A stretch of DNA of 32,218 nt from a virus (taxonomy: Duplodnaviria > Caudoviricetes). The translations under genes were made by a program, and so were the position numbers. Under the pieces are notes generated by a model. That model saw nothing but the letters and a program-made list of their open reading frames with translations, ran no database searches and had not been told where the DNA came from. Positions within the stretch are counted from its first letter, which is position 1, and each line of letters begins with the position of its first letter. Location: IMG/VR virus record IMGVR_UViG_3300032305_000597, positions 1-32,218 of that record. The stretch is one strand, 5' to 3'. Positions 29,313 through 32,218 of this stretch are shown here, piece after piece.

Positions 29313-32218
29313 ATTGTCCTGCCATATAGTTCTGGCGTGTCAGAGATTCGCGCAAACGTTTGTCGATGTACAGACCGTTTTCCGTCTGCGACGACTTCTT
29401 CATGCGTTCGATGATAGAGCCAGTAATAGAGTCCGCAGGGATGCGCACCGATGGGTGCTTATCGTTGAACTCCATGATCTTGTCAAAAGCCTCGCTGTTG
29501 TTCTCTACGTCGTTGGCCATAAAGGTCAACCCGTAGTAGTTCAACAAGTTCTGGCGCTCTTTCAAGATTGCTTGCTCATGGCCTTTGACCGTGATGTTGT
29601 AGTACTGACGCTCGGCTAGCTCTTGTGAGCGTAAGCCCAGACCCTGCATCATCAAAATAAACGCGCTTGGGTCTTCGGTCAGCATGTCTCCACGCAAAGT
29701 AGTTGCACCACCCTCACGCGCCATACGCTGAGCAATCAAGGCGTTCTTGATGAAGGCGGGCGAGACTGCCTCGATAGCGCGGTCACCGTGGCCTTGGTTC
29801 CACAAGTCAACTGCGCGGGCAGCGTTAACACCGATTCCGATGGTTGGGCCAAGCAGGTCTACGAGGAAGGTCTGCAATGCTTCAGCTTCGTCTTGGTTCT
29901 TGCGCCCATCACGGAACCACATCTCATCTAGTTTAACTCGGCCACCGATGTCTAGCCCAGTTATAGCGTTGAGTGAACCGCGTGTAATTGCAGTACCCAT
30001 ACCTGCGCCAAATGTTTCGTTGGCCCAGTTCACAAAGGACAACTCAAAGTCAAACGGTTCTTCGTCATCGTCTCCACCGCCCGCAATGTTAAACACAGCG
30101 TTGACGATAGACGCCACAGTCGAGAAGCCCCAGAGACCAGTGACCCCCGAGAAAATTGCGGACATGCCCATGGTTCCAACGAACCGTGCACGCGCTTCGC
30201 GCTTCTGCTCGATCGGCAAATCCTTGATTGAGTTCAGCAGGTTGTGCGCCAAGAAGAAAGTCATTTGTTGCGGGAACTGCTTAAACTGCAACACGATGCG
30301 GGCCACAGGATGTTGAAAGTAACGAGGCTTGTTGGTTGACGAATAGTCAAACATAGCGCGTTGCGTAATTGCTTTTGCTTCCGCGATAGACTCAGCAAAT
30401 GCTTGCTGGCGATTTGCCATACCTTGGCGCTTTTCCATAGCTGCACGGAACGCAGACATGGCCATCACTTCGCGGTTAAAACGTTCAGCGTGATGAAATG
30501 CGTAGGTCAACACCTGCATACTTTTGTTGCGTAGGCCAGAGTAATTCTCTGTTGGTGTTGAAGCCAGACCAGACTGATCATACGTTGATGTAATATCAAT
30601 TAGGCCATCAGCGACAAACCGGTTGTACGCCGCCCGCTCAGTACTGGTCAACGCGCTGGAACGGTCAAACGATGGAGAAAGCAGACTGCTGTCTCGTACG
30701 CGCTCGCCAACTTGCACGTTAAACCCAGTCATCATGATCTGCGCAGCAGCTTTGCTGGTTTCGTAGAGCACCTTGCCAGTAGCAGCGGTGTAGCCCATCT
30801 TTGGGTTTGCCTTAACTTGCTGGCCAACTAAAGTTGGGAAGCCAATGATGACACCACCCAATATGTTAGTAACAGCCGATGCAACAGACGTTAGATAGTA
30901 AATGAAGCCGACGTTGGACAACATAGAAGGGATTGTGCCAATGTCTGTTGGGTTCAGCATCAGGTTCAGTCGGCGATCAACCTCGTTGACATAGTCACGC
31001 AACTCATCAGACTCTTTAACCACAGAGGGGTCGTATCCCACGTTCGGGTCAAAACGGTCCTTCAACTGCATACGCGCAGCTTCCAACTGAGAGAACATCT
31101 CTGGAGAGTACTGGAAGCGAGCCAGCTGATAGGCCATGTTGAACGACGACGTTGCAAAACTACGCAGTGCATCTTCTGAGTAACCAGCCACGTTGTTACG
31201 ATGGATAAACTGATTGCGCATACTGCGGTCAGGCTGATTAGACAGATAAGTCTGATAGATTGAGTCTTTGAGTTCCTGCTTGTTGCCAGTTTTTAACTTA
31301 TCAATAGCTGCAAAAGTTTCTTTTAGAAACTTAGACTCACGGGCGTGATAATCCATCTGCTTGGTAAAGTCATTACCAATGTTGGAGCCGATGGTGTCGG
31401 CCAGATGTGGGTCTCTTTCCAACCGCTCCTCGATGTGGCGGTCACGCGCAGCCTCAGACTCAAACATGTAGTACTCACGGCTTGCGCCCTTACCGATCTG
31501 ATACCAGAAGCGACCAAAGCGCATAAGTGGGAAGTAAGGACCTTTAAGCGCACCCTTCTCGAACTCGTTGCGAATCTCTGTAATAGTGGTTTCACTCACA
31601 CCCAACTGACGCATTTGAATAATGCGGCGGTTCATTAAGCGTTTGTAGTTAGAGTAACGGCGTTCGTAAAAATCGCGTACTTCACGGTAGATACCTTTAG
31701 CTCTAGGGTCCAGCTTGTTCCACTCAATCATCAAGTCCTGATTGGCGTTGCGTTGGTTAGTTGTAGCCTTATCGGGGTCAAGTTCTTTCATGGTGGCCAT
31801 GTGCATCACCACGCCTACTTGTCTAGACATATCAGGGTCAGCCGATTGCAGTGCCTCCCACTTCTGAGAAATCTCACCAGACTCTCTCAAGATACTGTTC
31901 TTGCGAGACAAGAAGTCTTCAGTAACACGAATAAAGTTGCTAATCTGTGGCAAGCGACCAGCGATTAAATCGTCCAACTGACGCAAAGTCAGTAAACCCA
32001 AAGCAGTTGGCCTAACCTCGGCGGACATGCTGTGGTACTCGCGAATCGCTGCGCGGCCCCACGAGCGGCTGGTCATTAGGCGTTTGATAGCGCTTGGTTG
32101 ATTGGGCATGCCGGGACGCATTGCCTTAATGCGTGGTGGCTTGGTACGCAGGGCCTTTGGTCCGGTGGTGGCGGTCAAGCCCTCCAGAGACATAGGACCT
32201 GCAATCATTGCGTCGGTA
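29311..32218 (-). CDS. Very large putative internal virion/ejection protein, C-terminal part (frame stays open past the right edge)
   Basis: More than 965 aa, helical, with YFPLMRFG, FDYSSTNKPRYF and LQFKQFP motifs typical of large polyvalent/DNA-transfer virion proteins of podoviruses. No in-frame stop between 32208 and the window end. Confidence 0.7.
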   Translation of the reverse strand, partial: TDAMIAGPMSLEGLTATTGPKALRTKPPRIKAMRPGMPNQPSAIKRLMTSRSWGRAAIREYHSMSAEVRPTALGLLTLRQLDDLIAGRLPQISNFIRVTEDFLSRKNSILRESGEISQKWEALQSADPDMSRQVGVVMHMATMKELDPDKATTNQRNANQDLMIEWNKLDPRAKGIYREVRDFYERRYSNYKRLMNRRIIQMRQLGVSETTITEIRNEFEKGALKGPYFPLMRFGRFWYQIGKGASREYYMFESEAARDRHIEERLERDPHLADTIGSNIGNDFTKQMDYHARESKFLKETFAAIDKLKTGNKQELKDSIYQTYLSNQPDRSMRNQFIHRNNVAGYSEDALRSFATSSFNMAYQLARFQYSPEMFSQLEAARMQLKDRFDPNVGYDPSVVKESDELRDYVNEVDRRLNLMLNPTDIGTIPSMLSNVGFIYYLTSVASAVTNILGGVIIGFPTLVGQQVKANPKMGYTAATGKVLYETSKAAAQIMMTGFNVQVGERVRDSSLLSPSFDRSSALTSTERAAYNRFVADGLIDITSTYDQSGLASTPTENYSGLRNKSMQVLTYAFHHAERFNREVMAMSAFRAAMEKRQGMANRQQAFAESIAEAKAITQRAMFDYSSTNKPRYFQHPVARIVLQFKQFPQQMTFFLAHNLLNSIKDLPIEQKREARARFVGTMGMSAIFSGVTGLWGFSTVASIVNAVFNIAGGGDDDEEPFDFELSFVNWANETFGAGMGTAITRGSLNAITGLDIGGRVKLDEMWFRDGRKNQDEAEALQTFLVDLLGPTIGIGVNAARAVDLWNQGHGDRAIEAVSPAFIKNALIAQRMAREGGATTLRGDMLTEDPSAFILMMQGLGLRSQELAERQYYNITVKGHEQAILKERQNLLNYYGLTFMANDVENNSEAFDKIMEFNDKHPSVRIPADSITGSIIERMKKSSQTENGLYIDKRLRESLTRQNYMAGQ

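Overview
This is a 32.2 kb section of a tailed dsDNA bacteriophage genome. The P22-like portal and large internal virion protein suggest a podovirus type; the host cannot be determined from sequence alone. There are three blocks. (1) Bases 1-6819, minus strand: packaging and head genes (terminase small subunit-like protein, large terminase, portal, GroES-like protein, scaffold-like protein, and a partial conserved head-region gene). (2) Bases 7370-29238, plus strand: an early/accessory region (about 7.3-18.3 kb) of small hypotheticals with a TraR-like Zn finger, MoxR-type AAA+ ATPase, HExxH-VWA protein and an unlisted RHH-like protein, followed by a replication module (VRR-NUC nuclease, family A DNA polymerase, Cas4-like exonuclease, DUF3310, SNF2 helicase, putative SSB, HTH, primase-helicase). 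(3) Bases 29311-32218, minus strand: the C-terminal part of a very large virion protein. The most striking unexplained structure is a 29-bp interrupted palindrome, GAAC-N3-CCGACA-N3-TGTCGG-N3-GTTC. I found it 11 times by eye, only between 7.3 and 18.4 kb. It mostly sits at gene junctions, where it often supplies or overlaps the upstream stop codon and precedes the next RBS, dividing the early region into box-bounded gene units. Other notable elements are a duplicated consensus sigma70 promoter cassette, a second GAC-N3-GTC palindrome on four promoter -35 boxes, a nested inverted-repeat region (8.78-9.02 kb), a three-way-junction RNA candidate before the primase, and a candidate sRNA at the convergent terminator. 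I saw no integrase, RNA polymerase, tRNA or CRISPR array. All calls come from reading the sequence; no database searches were run.
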